In this document: one piece after another, positions 36,822 through 47,600 of the stretch
How positions within the stretch are numbered: position 1 is the first letter of the stretch
How the letters are laid out: every line of letters begins with the position of its first letter
Source of the DNA: Minutocellus sp. GHC0000111
Taxonomy: Eukaryota
Direction of reading: 5' to 3'
Assembly (NCBI GenBank): GCA_977018835.1
Contig: OZ361257.1
Coordinates: 1,984,001 to 2,048,000 of the forward strand
DNA: 64,000 nucleotides
Program-made: the position numbers and the translations under genes
Notes under the pieces: model-generated
The model's input: the letters and a program-made list of their open reading frames with translations, nothing else
Databases searched by the model: none
Told to the model about the DNA's origin: nothing

Positions 36822-37047
36822 ATATATTTGGAGATGAAATTTTGAGATATGAACGAATCAAATCCAAGGAAAATTGAAGCGGAGCGCTTATTCGGTTGGA
36901 AAACGAGAAAGAACATGTGTGTGCGAGCTACGACGAGCTAGCTAATAAAAGAGAAGAAAGGGTTACCTACACCGGCTGGACTGTGTCGGCGCCTGACAAT
37001 AAGTGAGGTGACGCTTTCCGGAACAAAATTTTGCTATGCATAACATG

Positions 37048-38591
37048 TTAGAATAGCTTATTGAAATTCACATGCTCTAGCCCGCCATTTCCAATCGCCT
37101 CAAGCAACGCCGTCGCCTCTTTGCATTCCTCCGCGTGCCCAAGGCCATCCTTTCGATTCCAATGCATCTTTTGGCAGGCGCGGCTGCAGTAGCAGCAGGC
37201 TCTGCATCCCTTACAGAGCTTGCGATTCGAGATGTCGAGTTTGGCGTTGCAGGTTGCGCATTGTCCCCGAAGCAAAGACAGGGCTTCGTGGGATACTTTT
37301 AGACTTTTCGTAACTGCTGGCAGGTCAGTGTCTAGGATGTCGGTAGTAGTAAGGACGTGACGCCAAACTCGCATCAATGGATATTTCCTCGCATTTCTCG
37401 AAGCCATCATTGCATAGACCGGATCGTCCAAATTAGTTGAAGCAATGTTATACCAATGCTTCGATTTCTGATGCTGACCAATCCTCTTGATGTATGCACT
37501 GAGAAGACACTGCGCTTGGCACTTTCCTTGCTTGGCAAGCGATGTCAAAATAGCTATCGCTTCGGCTGATTCTCTATGGACATGCAAAACATCTTCTGCC
37601 AGAACACATAGCTTGTTGCACGCCCAATAAGAGCGGCGAGGGTGGGGCGAAGTAGCGAGTGGCATAAGCATGTCCCCTGCTTCCGGCAGGCACATCATGT
37701 CGTCCTCAACCATCACTTGTGCGAGGTCACACATGAGAGCACAGAGGTTGCTATCCCCGAAGTCCAGAAGTGCTGGTTCGAGCTCCGCCGCGCGCTCATA
37801 AAAATGACAATGCAGCTTCCTCAGGTCCATCGCCTCCTTGCAATCGGTTCGATGACCCCCCTCCTTGCCGTCCCAGTGCAGCTTCTGGCAATCGCGGCTG
37901 CAGTAGCAGCATGCCTTGCAACCCTTGCACAGCTTCCAATTGCTCGAGTTAAGATCAACACCGCAAGTGACGCATTGCTTTCGGAGCCGTTTGATGTGAT
38001 CCATTGCTCCCCTCACCCCCTCGGCAAGCGAATCCTTTTCGTCGCCGGGATGTTCTCCGGAAATAAACTTCGATTGGTAGATCATCGTTTTGTGCATGGT
38101 CAAAAAGAACTTTGCCTGAGAGTACTTTCCCTTGTTAGAATGCATCGCCAGCGCATGAGTTCCGAGAAGTGCGCGATAATTGGAAGGGCCGAACGAAGCC
38201 AATCCACACCACTGAACCGCCTCTTGGTTCGTCCCGGCAGCAATAAATAAGACGGTGAGAGTGTCCTTGAGCCGTCGATTCTCGGTGTACAGTCCGTCCC
38301 CAGCAATAAGAATATTGGGGTAATTGCTAAGCCCTCAATGTTCTTATTTCTACTGAAATCTGAGCCCTGAGATAAGAACATTGTTCTTATTTTTCTTCGG
38401 CTTTGGGGTCCCGAGACCCCCCCCTCTGGAGGCACGACGACGGCAAGTCACCGGGCCTGTGCAGCAGGCAATTTTTCTACGTGTGCACAGTCTGTCTGCA
38501 CGGCATTGAGCCAAGCCACACATGTCATGCACGGCCTAAGGCCAGTTGTGCTGCTGCTACCTGTAGTGCCAGCACTGGCAACAGGAGAGGC
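37048..38591 (-). pseudogene. Double zf-MYND protein, 3' portion; gene disrupted by two insertions (5' end at 51977-52063)
   Basis: Two CxxC...CKGC...YCSRxCQKxHW....H...C motifs. Removing 38290-38563 plus one TA extends the frame upstream (CQCWHYTENRRLKD...). Confidence 0.8.
38290..38563. mobile_element. 274-bp non-autonomous insertion with TA target duplication, ends CAGTCCGTCCC...CTG
   Basis: TA on both sides; excision restores the MYND reading frame; same left terminus as 55206; internal ATAAGAA repeats and a hairpin. Confidence 0.75.
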
Positions 38592-38596
38592 GGCGA

Positions 38597-39236
38597 TGAC
38601 ATTTTCTCGGCAGTGTGTCTCGCTTATGTGGCCACAAAAGGTTGATGTAGTTGTGCAATTGTTCTTACTTTAGTTGTACGTTCTGTTGAAGAAAGCATGA
38701 AAAGAAAAGCAGTGAAAAGCATGCTGCATCGCGAGGTTCGCCGAGCGATGCAGGCCGAAGCTTTGGTGTTCGGTTCGCCGATTTGGGAACCCAGGAAAGA
38801 CATTGGTTTACTTAGAGTCTGACGCTTGGTGCGTCATAGATCTATGTCTTTTTATCCGCCTCGTTAGTTAGCAAGCTCCATTCTCATGTTTCTCTAGTGT
38901 GTGCTGGTTCTGTGCTGTGTGCTGGGAATGAGTGAGCTTTGAGGGCCCTCAAACTGTTCTCGAGCATGTCATAAAATCCCTACGGCAATCAGGGCTCGTG
39001 TGCAGGACATGTCTCAGACTAGCTGGGGCAGTTAAAATAATAAGTGCATAAACCTTGGTTGTGCAGGAATGGCTCTATCAGGCTCTAACGACGATGTCTT
39101 TGTAGGCCGAAGGCCGAAGGTGTGTCTCGCGGTGCGAGCCATACACCTCCGGGTCTCCTTTATGGTCCGGGTCCCATCGGATGGGGTTTTAGTCAAATGA
39201 GTCACGTGAACAATGTCGAGATCCGAGATCCCAACA
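38597..39236 (-). repeat. 3' LTR (640 bp, TGTTG...TGTCA on minus strand)
   Basis: Direct repeat of 51348-51971 with several substitutions and small indels. Confidence 0.92.
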
Positions 39237-39244
39237 CCCCCCTC
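39237..39244 (-). other. Polypurine tract GAGGGGGG
   Basis: Abuts the TG start of the 3' LTR on the minus strand. Confidence 0.85.
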
Positions 39245-39367
39245 GAACCGAATTCCACGATGCTTCTCTTTTGAATTGAGTCTCACATCGGAGCGATATT
39301 TGGCTTGGTTCATCCATTCTCTTTTAAATGATAGCTATGATGTTTATGTTTCGCTTCGTTGTTTGCT

Positions 39368-41815
39368 TTATTCTTCCAAGAAATTTGGCAATTTGAAGTA
39401 AGCGCGCTCTCGGTGCGGCGTTGTCTTTGCCGGGTCCGTGCTCTTTGTCATGATATCGGCGAGCATGTCATCACCGGGGCACCAGTTGATGGCATGGAGT
39501 TTCATCTTCGCTCCTTGGCGTACATAGTGATATCGGCGTGATATATGTCTCGTGTGTTTGGTAAGTTTGTCGTTCATCGACATTCTGCACGCAGCTTGGT
39601 TGTCCACCATGATGATGGTTGGTGGATTTGGTAGTGCCAATTGAGCGTTGTTGTAGTGTTTTGTGCCAAGATATTTCATGTCATATAATAACATGTGGAG
39701 ATGCGCTGCCGCCATGCATCCTGAGCATGCGGCCATTACTTCGGCTTCACAGCTGCTCATAGCTATGGGTACCTGTAGCATGGAGTTAGCTTCCACTACT
39801 CCCCCTCGATAGAGTATCAGATATCCTGTGGTCGATCGCCCAGTATCTGGACAATCTTGCCATGATGCATCGGTGAAGACGACAAGTTCGGACTTGATGG
39901 TTTCTTGCCTCGTCAGTATGTCATATACTGGACTTTCCTTGATGTGACAATAAAATTTTGATCCCCAGGATTGTTCGGAGCGTAGATATCCGAAAAGCCA
40001 GAGTAATGCCTCAAAGTCCTTGCGTCCTGGATTAGTACAAGCTTTGGCAAGCTTGTTCACGATGAAAAGGATGTCTCCTCTGGTACCTAGGGCTAGATAT
40101 AATAGTGAGCATACAGCAGACCTAAAATCTAAATCGTGATAGTCTTTTGCCAATTTAATCTTTTCATTTTCATCTGGCCTGTTATCTTTGCTGTATAGAT
40201 ACGTAGGTGGTGCTGGGGTGCTTCTATGCTTTGGGATGCCGAATGGTGCATCATCTGGGCAATACTTGCGTAGGAGTACTTTGGTGTATCTTGTCTGGTC
40301 GATGGATATGGAGAAATCTTCGTATTGGTGGATTCTCATTTGGAGGAACCAGTTTGCTTGCCCATTAAAATCTACATTGAACTTTCCTTTGAGACTTTGT
40401 TCGAATAGTTTCTCCACCTTATCATCGGAACCAAAATATAGGCAATCGTCTACGTAGAAAATAAGTCTGATCCAGGAGCCATTGGGGTAGTATTTGATGA
40501 AATAAGTGGTGTCAGCTGATGATTGATGGAAATTTTCGCTCAACAACCACTCCGTGAACTCCTCGTTCCAAAACTTACCGCTAGTAGCTAATCCGTAAAT
40601 TCCTTTATCCAGAAGTAATGGCCTTCCAAACCATTCTGCTAGTTCTGGGAAGTATTGCTGGTATCTGGCATCTAGTCGGACGAATATTCTCTTGTTCCTG
40701 ATTTTTTCTTGTAAGTACGCACCGACGAAGTCTCCTTGACGTACTCTTCTCTTCATGGAAGTGGCGAGAGCCAGGAATAGTTTCACTGTTCTGGTGGAGG
40801 CACATGCACTCCAAGTATCTTGCCATTCATTATCCTTTTGAAGATCTCCTCTTGCTACAACACGTGCTTTCAATTTGTCGAGAAGACCGTTTGCGAGTGA
40901 TTTTGCTTTGAGTACGAGCTTCGTTGGTATTACTCGTTCGTCGGGTGCTGGTAGTTCGAGCTTGAACGTTTTGTTGTCAAGAATTAGATTCTTGAGTTCT
41001 GATTCGATAGCGTGTAGCCATGCTTTCGTTATCTCAGGTGGTTGTCTCAGGACGGCGTGGAATGTGGTTGGTTCCGGGAGGTACATTGCGACCGGATGGT
41101 TGTCGTGTTCCGTTGTAGCCGTTGAGAGCGCCGTGAGCGTTGGGTCCGGTTCAGTATCGAAAGCATCTTGAAAGGCGGCGTATGCGGCGAAGAGATCATG
41201 CTTCCTCTTGCGTGTGCGGAGGTTGTAGCGTGGTTGTTCGATCGGTGTTTGTATCTCCGATTCTTCTTCTTCGCCGCCGTCGTCTTCATGGTTGTTGGAT
41301 TGCTCTTGTGATTCTATCTCCGGGTTTCTCAAGGTTGGATCGATTTGGTCGACTGGGTCTTGATCCTCGTTCGAGTCGGTTGAGTCGACTGATGCGGCCT
41401 CATCTTGTTGGGAAGATGCGTCGTCGTGATCTTCGGCCCAGGCATATTGTTCGAGGTCGGAGAGTCCTGAGTTGCGCAAGTACGTTGCGAATTCAGCGGT
41501 GGAGTCCTCTCTCAAATTCTTGGCTGGCTCCCACGTTATTTCTCCGTTGTTCCACAGAACTTGGAATTTGTGATGACCGTTCTCCACCTCGGTGTGAGAA
41601 AGGATTTCGTCGTAGTAGTACGTCGGTTCCTCTTCGTCTTCAGCTATTTCTTCCTCAGTTGATTGATTGTCTTGGGTTGCTGGTGTTGTCGCGTCGACAG
41701 GGTCGTTGGCGGTGTTCGCCCCCCTCGCGCTAGTTTCACTAGTGTGCAGTATATCGTCAACAGATCCTGTCGCGAGGGGATCACCTTCGTAGTCTTCTTG
41801 AAGAAGTGAGTGCAT
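39368..41815 (-). CDS. Copia Pol C-terminal part: chromodomain, reverse transcriptase, RNase H
   Basis: YYYDEILSH...FQVLWNNGEITWEP chromodomain; KARVVARG, KGIYGL and FYVDD (RT); FTDASW, SSCEAE, DNQAA and LADIMTK (RNase H). Confidence 0.93.
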   Translation of the reverse strand: MHSLLQEDYEGDPLATGSVDDILHTSETSARGANTANDPVDATTPATQDNQSTEEEIAEDEEEPTYYYDEILSHTEVENGHHKFQVLWNNGEITWEPAKNLREDSTAEFATYLRNSGLSDLEQYAWAEDHDDASSQQDEAASVDSTDSNEDQDPVDQIDPTLRNPEIESQEQSNNHEDDGGEEEESEIQTPIEQPRYNLRTRKRKHDLFAAYAAFQDAFDTEPDPTLTALSTATTEHDNHPVAMYLPEPTTFHAVLRQPPEITKAWLHAIESELKNLILDNKTFKLELPAPDERVIPTKLVLKAKSLANGLLDKLKARVVARGDLQKDNEWQDTWSACASTRTVKLFLALATSMKRRVRQGDFVGAYLQEKIRNKRIFVRLDARYQQYFPELAEWFGRPLLLDKGIYGLATSGKFWNEEFTEWLLSENFHQSSADTTYFIKYYPNGSWIRLIFYVDDCLYFGSDDKVEKLFEQSLKGKFNVDFNGQANWFLQMRIHQYEDFSISIDQTRYTKVLLRKYCPDDAPFGIPKHRSTPAPPTYLYSKDNRPDENEKIKLAKDYHDLDFRSAVCSLLYLALGTRGDILFIVNKLAKACTNPGRKDFEALLWLFGYLRSEQSWGSKFYCHIKESPVYDILTRQETIKSELVVFTDASWQDCPDTGRSTTGYLILYRGGVVEANSMLQVPIAMSSCEAEVMAACSGCMAAAHLHMLLYDMKYLGTKHYNNAQLALPNPPTIIMVDNQAACRMSMNDKLTKHTRHISRRYHYVRQGAKMKLHAINWCPGDDMLADIMTKSTDPAKTTPHRERAYFKLPNFLEE

Positions 41816-44613
41816 CCGACTGGACGGATGAATTGCGCTCCTTGTAATGGGCGATGGGTGGTGGCGAGGGCGGACTTGAACTGTTCATCAAATGTGACAT
41901 CTTGCGATACCATTATGTGTGCAGTTCCGATTCTGTCCTCGAGGTATATGAGATATCCGGCTTGCTTGTTGGGCATGCCGATGAATATGCCACGGACTGA
42001 TGATCGCTGTGTCTGTTGTTTCTTTGGGATACGCTGGCCTTTGTTAGATGGAGAGTGACGGCGGAAACTTACAGGGCAACCGAATACTTTGAGATTGCCA
42101 ATTCGTGGTTTTCGTCCAAAAGCTTTAAAGAACGGAGTTGTGGGATTGTTGCTGTCGTCGAGTAGTCCTTTTGGGCATAGTCGGGTAAGTATGTACGATG
42201 CGTATCTGCATGAATGGCCAAAGAAATTGTTGCCTAGACGTGCATGAATTCGCATAGTTCTTGCCATTATATCTATTGTTCTCCAAGTTATCTCACATAC
42301 ACTATTCATTTCCTGATGATGTGGAGCGGCAAAAGAAGCAGTAATGTTAGAATCTTCGGCGAAAGTGAGAAATTCTTCGGATCGGAAGGATGAATCAGCG
42401 TCGCCTCTCAGATATTGTATTTCTTTTGTTCGGCCTAGTGATCGAGTCTCGACCAGATATTGTTTGATGCAACGAATGACTTCTGAAGAAGTAAAATTGT
42501 ACATACCTTCGAACCAGGAAAGTCTTGAGTAATGATCCACGATTAGGAGGTAGCATGGATACGTTGAGTCTGTCGTCAAGCCCTCTGCTCCTGCTGGTGC
42601 TGGAATGATATCGATGTAAATTCGTTCGAAGGGTTGCGTTGCGTCGGGAGGGCCTCTGTGTCCTCGTGGTGCCGAACGGGAAGCTGCTATACGGCATCCT
42701 TCGCAGTAATCATCGGATGTTGGTACAATGAGATAGTCCTCCCATACTCCGTGGAGCGAACCGCAGAGCAGAGATCGGTGTGCTCTATGGCCAAACCTTG
42801 CGTGTGCGAGTTCCATTGGTATTCTTGGGAGGGGCCTGCGCGGTGGGGTGGATGCGCTATTAGTTGGGTTTTCATTGTTCTGTTCTGTGACTGTAGCATT
42901 CACTTGAGATAGGGATAGAACTGTGCTAGCCGAATTTGTTACGTTGGAAGCCATCAACGATGGTGTTGTGTAGTAGTATCCATTTCCAAAATCTAGCTGT
43001 ACAAATCTAGCTGTCTGATGTATTTGATGCTTTGGATGCCTAAGGAATTCTCGGAATGAGAATAGTCTTTGGGTTAGTCCAGGTACATAGTAGACGTTCA
43101 TCGTGTACCTGAGGGGTGTGCCTGTTACGTCGTCTCGTAGCAACAGGTCACATTTTCCAAAGGCTTCAGAGTACACTATGGTGCCGTCCGCTACTCTTAC
43201 GGTGCGGCGGCATGGAGTTACATCGTAAAGATCATCTATGTTGTTGGTAAAGTGGTCAGTTGCGCCGGAGTCTGGTAGCCAGCCTCGTAAATCGTGGGGC
43301 TGATACCTACTTGGTCGTGCTACATGTCGTCCCCTTTTGTTCCTTCTACTTCTATGGTTAGCTACGGTATGGTACGCTGCCATGTACTCGGTAGAGTTGT
43401 CGTTACTATTATTTTGATCTTGCTGACTCTCCTGATCATCTGTGTTATGCTGAGATGGCTGATCCTGACTGCTCTGTTGGTTCCGTCTTGAACCATGGCG
43501 GAACAAGTAGAGGATTCTCTCTTCATCGTAATTGTTGCCGTCAAAGTTGTTGTTTGCGGCGTGGATTTGGCATAAGTCGTTCACGGCTGCAGGGCGGTAG
43601 CAACCGGCAATGTTGCAGATGGGGGTAATTGATAGCTCATTGGCTGCCGCGTATCGAAATTGGGTTGGATTGGGAATGTCTTGGGGGTCGATACGTGGTA
43701 GAATGATTCCTTGGTGACCACTGGGTCGGTTGAATAGAGCTGGTGGCAGCATGTACAACGGCATGACGATATTGTGCGGGTGCACATATACCAGTAGAAG
43801 TGGTGCAAAGTATGGTCGTACACAGTACACCCTCATCTGAGCATTGTAGTAGACTACTTGGGCGAGCTGACCATTGAGTAGGTACAGATTGTTGGCGTAC
43901 TGGAAATTTGTGAAGCGCACCGTTGCACCAGGTCGAATGGTGTGCAGACCTGCAGGGTCTGTACGCTGGAGAAGCGGTGATTGTACGTAGTAGACGTCAT
44001 TGTTTTCGATGTGGTCTTCGGATGGTTGACCTTGACCAGTAGCAAGACGGAAATATGTGTAGGAATTGATAGGTCGGAGATCTTGTGCGTTGAGAGGTAT
44101 CGGTGTTGCTAGGCAAGGAAATGATACTTCGTAGATGTGCTGGCCGTCCACATATCGCGAACGTAACACTCGACCTGCCAGGTTGGTGAGTCCTCCTCGA
44201 TGGGCATTGGTCTCGCGGAGGGCAGGATTTCGTCTCCACAGATCTCCAACAACTTGAACCGTTCCTCCGACTGGGAATACATATGCAAAGGGGTTCCCGC
44301 CTGCTGCATCTGGACCATCAAATTGGGCTTGCGGATTGACGGTAGCAGTAGTCGATCCTACGTTGGGTGCCACTGATCGAATGGCCTGGTTGACGCTTTG
44401 TTGACCATGGAATTGTGGGGCAATAATTGGTATGAAATCGACTCTGTTGGGTAATCCTAAGACGGTGTGGTTGGGATTGCCAAGATCTGGCGGGTTCGCC
44501 AAGATTTCGGCAATGGCAAGACGCGCTGCTTGAACCGAAACAGTCAGAGGGTCCTGATTGGCTTGTTGTGCATCATTTGCTCGATCATCTTCGTTATGAT
44601 TCGCGTCATCCAA
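41644..44613 (-). CDS. Copia Pol N-terminal part: accessory beta-barrel modules, Zn finger, aspartic protease, integrase
   Basis: WLPDSGATDHF (PR); HARFGH...CEGC (HHCC); IYIDI, LRGDAD and NSVCE (DDE); KVFGC...GIFIG (copia IN SH3-like tail). Confidence 0.9.
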   Translation of the reverse strand: MDDANHNEDDRANDAQQANQDPLTVSVQAARLAIAEILANPPDLGNPNHTVLGLPNRVDFIPIIAPQFHGQQSVNQAIRSVAPNVGSTTATVNPQAQFDGPDAAGGNPFAYVFPVGGTVQVVGDLWRRNPALRETNAHRGGLTNLAGRVLRSRYVDGQHIYEVSFPCLATPIPLNAQDLRPINSYTYFRLATGQGQPSEDHIENNDVYYVQSPLLQRTDPAGLHTIRPGATVRFTNFQYANNLYLLNGQLAQVVYYNAQMRVYCVRPYFAPLLLVYVHPHNIVMPLYMLPPALFNRPSGHQGIILPRIDPQDIPNPTQFRYAAANELSITPICNIAGCYRPAAVNDLCQIHAANNNFDGNNYDEERILYLFRHGSRRNQQSSQDQPSQHNTDDQESQQDQNNSNDNSTEYMAAYHTVANHRSRRNKRGRHVARPSRYQPHDLRGWLPDSGATDHFTNNIDDLYDVTPCRRTVRVADGTIVYSEAFGKCDLLLRDDVTGTPLRYTMNVYYVPGLTQRLFSFREFLRHPKHQIHQTARFVQLDFGNGYYYTTPSLMASNVTNSASTVLSLSQVNATVTEQNNENPTNSASTPPRRPLPRIPMELAHARFGHRAHRSLLCGSLHGVWEDYLIVPTSDDYCEGCRIAASRSAPRGHRGPPDATQPFERIYIDIIPAPAGAEGLTTDSTYPCYLLIVDHYSRLSWFEGMYNFTSSEVIRCIKQYLVETRSLGRTKEIQYLRGDADSSFRSEEFLTFAEDSNITASFAAPHHQEMNSVCEITWRTIDIMARTMRIHARLGNNFFGHSCRYASYILTRLCPKGLLDDSNNPTTPFFKAFGRKPRIGNLKVFGCPVSFRRHSPSNKGQRIPKKQQTQRSSVRGIFIGMPNKQAGYLIYLEDRIGTAHIMVSQDVTFDEQFKSALATTHRPLQGAQFIRPVGCTHFFKKTTKVIPSRQDLLTIYCTLVKLARGGRTPPTTLSTRQHQQPKTINQLRKK

Positions 44614-47600
44614 GTTGGGTTCGCCGGTACCGTTGACATCGCGATCTTGGGCATCTTGTGCTGCTTCTGCTTCCGGCGCGACGGTGGCAGTTTCGCTTTC
44701 TGCCTGATGCTCATGAGCCTCGTGAAGACATCTTGTTCTTGGTCCAATGCTTCGTCGAGCTCGTTGGGATTGTCTTCAATGATTTGCTGGATGAGGTCAT
44801 TGAAAACATCGTCGTTGTCTACCATCTCGACTAAATCTCTGATCTCGTCCATATCGAGGTGATCGTGGAACCGCTTTGCTTCATCTTGGGTGAGGTGGCC
44901 TCCGTCGTGAAGACGAGACGCTCGTTCGTGGAGGCCATCGATGGCTTCATTTGCACCTTCAAAGTTGAAGCGTTGAGACCAGGTCCAAATATCGGATGCA
45001 TCGTCGAGAAGGCGCTCGTGCTCGTAGTGGCTGAGACCGTGTGTGAAGTCGAACGGAGGGCTTGTCCTCAGGTCGATGCGCAGGTTGTCGTCGAGTGGAC
45101 CCAAAATTGCGGCGTGGGCACCCATTCCGATTTGTTCGGTGTTGGTAGGACTTGGATGATTCCAAGGATTAGGCGAAGGATTGCTTGGCCTTGTTGGAGG
45201 GGATTCAACTAAATTCGCTGCTACCACTTCGGCTGAAGGTGAGTCGTTGTTATCATCGCCATCGTCATCACTATCACTGGTGTTCTTTGCATGGGGCTTT
45301 TTGTCGGAAAAGTCGCTGAGGTTGCTGCTCCTTCGGCTCGGCGGCTTGGAGTTGTTGCGGGAGCCGTAGCTACCGAAGCTACTTCGTCTGCCATTTTGTT
45401 GAGATGGGGATGCTGCTCTTGCGACTCCTGTTGCTGCGGCTATGTCTCGGAGATCGACTGGCTGTAGCGGCGTTCCATATCGGACCGGTGGGGAGTAATC
45501 ACTGTCGGACCACGTTTCTTCCTCGTTGTGGTTCTTTGATGGCCGCATCTGTAGGGAATCTCTGATGGAGTTCACATATTGGTCCAATGGCCAAGGGCTC
45601 TGACGTTGAGGGGGATGAATCGTGGGACTCCCGTAGGTTGACGGTTTTAGGATGCCGGTGGCGGGGTGTGATGGGCTGTCCGTAATTGGTCGGCACTCCG
45701 GGGGTTGCTCTGGAGTACCATCCGCGCCAATAACTTCCCTGACCTCGGCATCGTTGTCGTCGTTGTCATCCTCGTCATCATCCTCATCGTCACTGTCGTC
45801 TTCATCGCTGGGATTGGATGATTGGCCATCGTTTAGGCGACGACGCTTTCGTCCATCTTCGTCGTCGTCGTTGCTATTGTTATTGTTGCCAGAAGATGCG
45901 TTGGCTGAATTGTCTCCTTGCTGATCGCCATTATCATCACTTCGCGAGTCATCGTCACGGCCAGAATGGCCATCGTTCTGCCGTTGATGGTTGTTGTCAC
46001 CGTGGTTGCTTTCGTTACCTCGGTAGTAGTCGGTGATGCCATCGCTATCCACTTCTGCGATGGAGGTACCTTCATTGTCGATCGGCGTTAAATCCACAGT
46101 ATTAAAATAGTATATTTTGCTGCAACAGAATGGGCTCAATGTATCTGATAGCATATCTTGCAGTCTCGTGTGAGGTTGAAGCTTCAGGAAGCTCTCGTCA
46201 TCGAGTAGGACAGCTTGTCGGCCCGGTGGATTTGTTCTGCTATCGTACTTGGTGAGGAGGAGACCAGAGACTACTGTCCCTGTTAGACCTGAGAATTCGG
46301 AGTCCGTTGGCCAGTAGGTACGACCACGTCCTATTGTAGCGGTAGTGGTATTGAATCTGGTGGTTTCGGAGGGTTCATCAGTGTCGTAATCAGAATCAAT
46401 CTCGATGGGTGCAAAACCTGAGATGGGTGTGACCATCACCCTTTGATCCATTGCATGGATCACGGTGGGACGTCTGCGCATTTGATATAGCATCGATCCC
46501 TCCGTCGCTGCATCGTGTTCGTTGTTAGTTGTTCCGTCCGGTGCGATGGAGTCGAGGATCGAAAGGGGCAGACGGACGAGCCTCGGGTATCGTTCGGCCT
46601 GTGCATTACACAGTTGGACGCTATTTGCAATCGAGACTCGGTCCTGCTCACCACTTTGATTGCTATTGTCAGCGCTGAATTTCCTTGAATTATATCGAAG
46701 AGCTTCCAGATCGAATCGTTGGGATGGCTAGGTGCCTCGGTACTGTAGGGAAGCCGAAATTCCCATCCGATCTGTCCCGGATGATATCGCTGTAGGCATT
46801 CTGCTGGTACTGCCCAGAGGTGTGATCTCGTGTATTTGTTCAATTTTCGCAGGATCACAAAATAATGACCGATGCGGCTTTTGTCGCCAACGGTGACGAG
46901 AAGGTCGCTTGCTACCAGACCTCTGTAGCCCTTGAACGTTACGATTTCGTCGCCAGGTTGCAATACATCGTAGGTCGATGGTATGTTGTAGACTCTAGAC
47001 CCATTCTTGCCGATAGGTGTCTCAGGGTCGGTTGGAAGATGAGTAACTGGGTCAATCTTGACCAAACGAAAGACCTCTATTTGCTCAGTAGCTTCTATTT
47101 CAACCTCAGACGGTGGGAAATAGACTAGATGGGTTTGGGTCACCCCTTCTAATCCTCGGACGATAGTGCCTACTTTGCCAAAGTGGGCGTGAGGTTCGTA
47201 GTCTACTTTGACGGTGTCACCTACGACGAAGATGTTCCTTGGACGGACTTGGCTGGTAAATGATGGTTCTGCTGGCATAGCTGAATCCTCGCTAGTAAAG
47301 GAAGACTCAGATTGCGAGTCTACCGGTACTGAGGTTGGTTGGTCTTCGTCGATCCGTTCGTCCACTTCCATAGATGTAACAGGGTCTTCTTGCTTCGGAT
47401 CGGTTACATGAAGATGCCAGCAAGGAGAGAGGACCCGGAGGTCCTTCGACGGGCTCTCGGCTGTAGTTGGTTCTTGGAGAACTTCATTGATATCCCGCTC
47501 CATCTCCGCAGAGAAGATCATGGCCTGATTCTCTCGCTGCTGAGCGGCTACAGCGTTGGCTTGGCGAGGGCGTCCTCTCCCTCCTCGGCCTTGATTGCCT

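Noticed and set aside
38622..38640. LTR boundary at GCTTATGTGGCCACA
   Set aside because: Gives no TSD. Extending 25 bp gives TG...CA ends, the GGCGA TSD and a TGG PBS.
41644..41815. Programmed frameshift between integrase and RT
   Set aside because: Not the usual gag/pol recoding position, no clear slippery site, and indels are common throughout the window.
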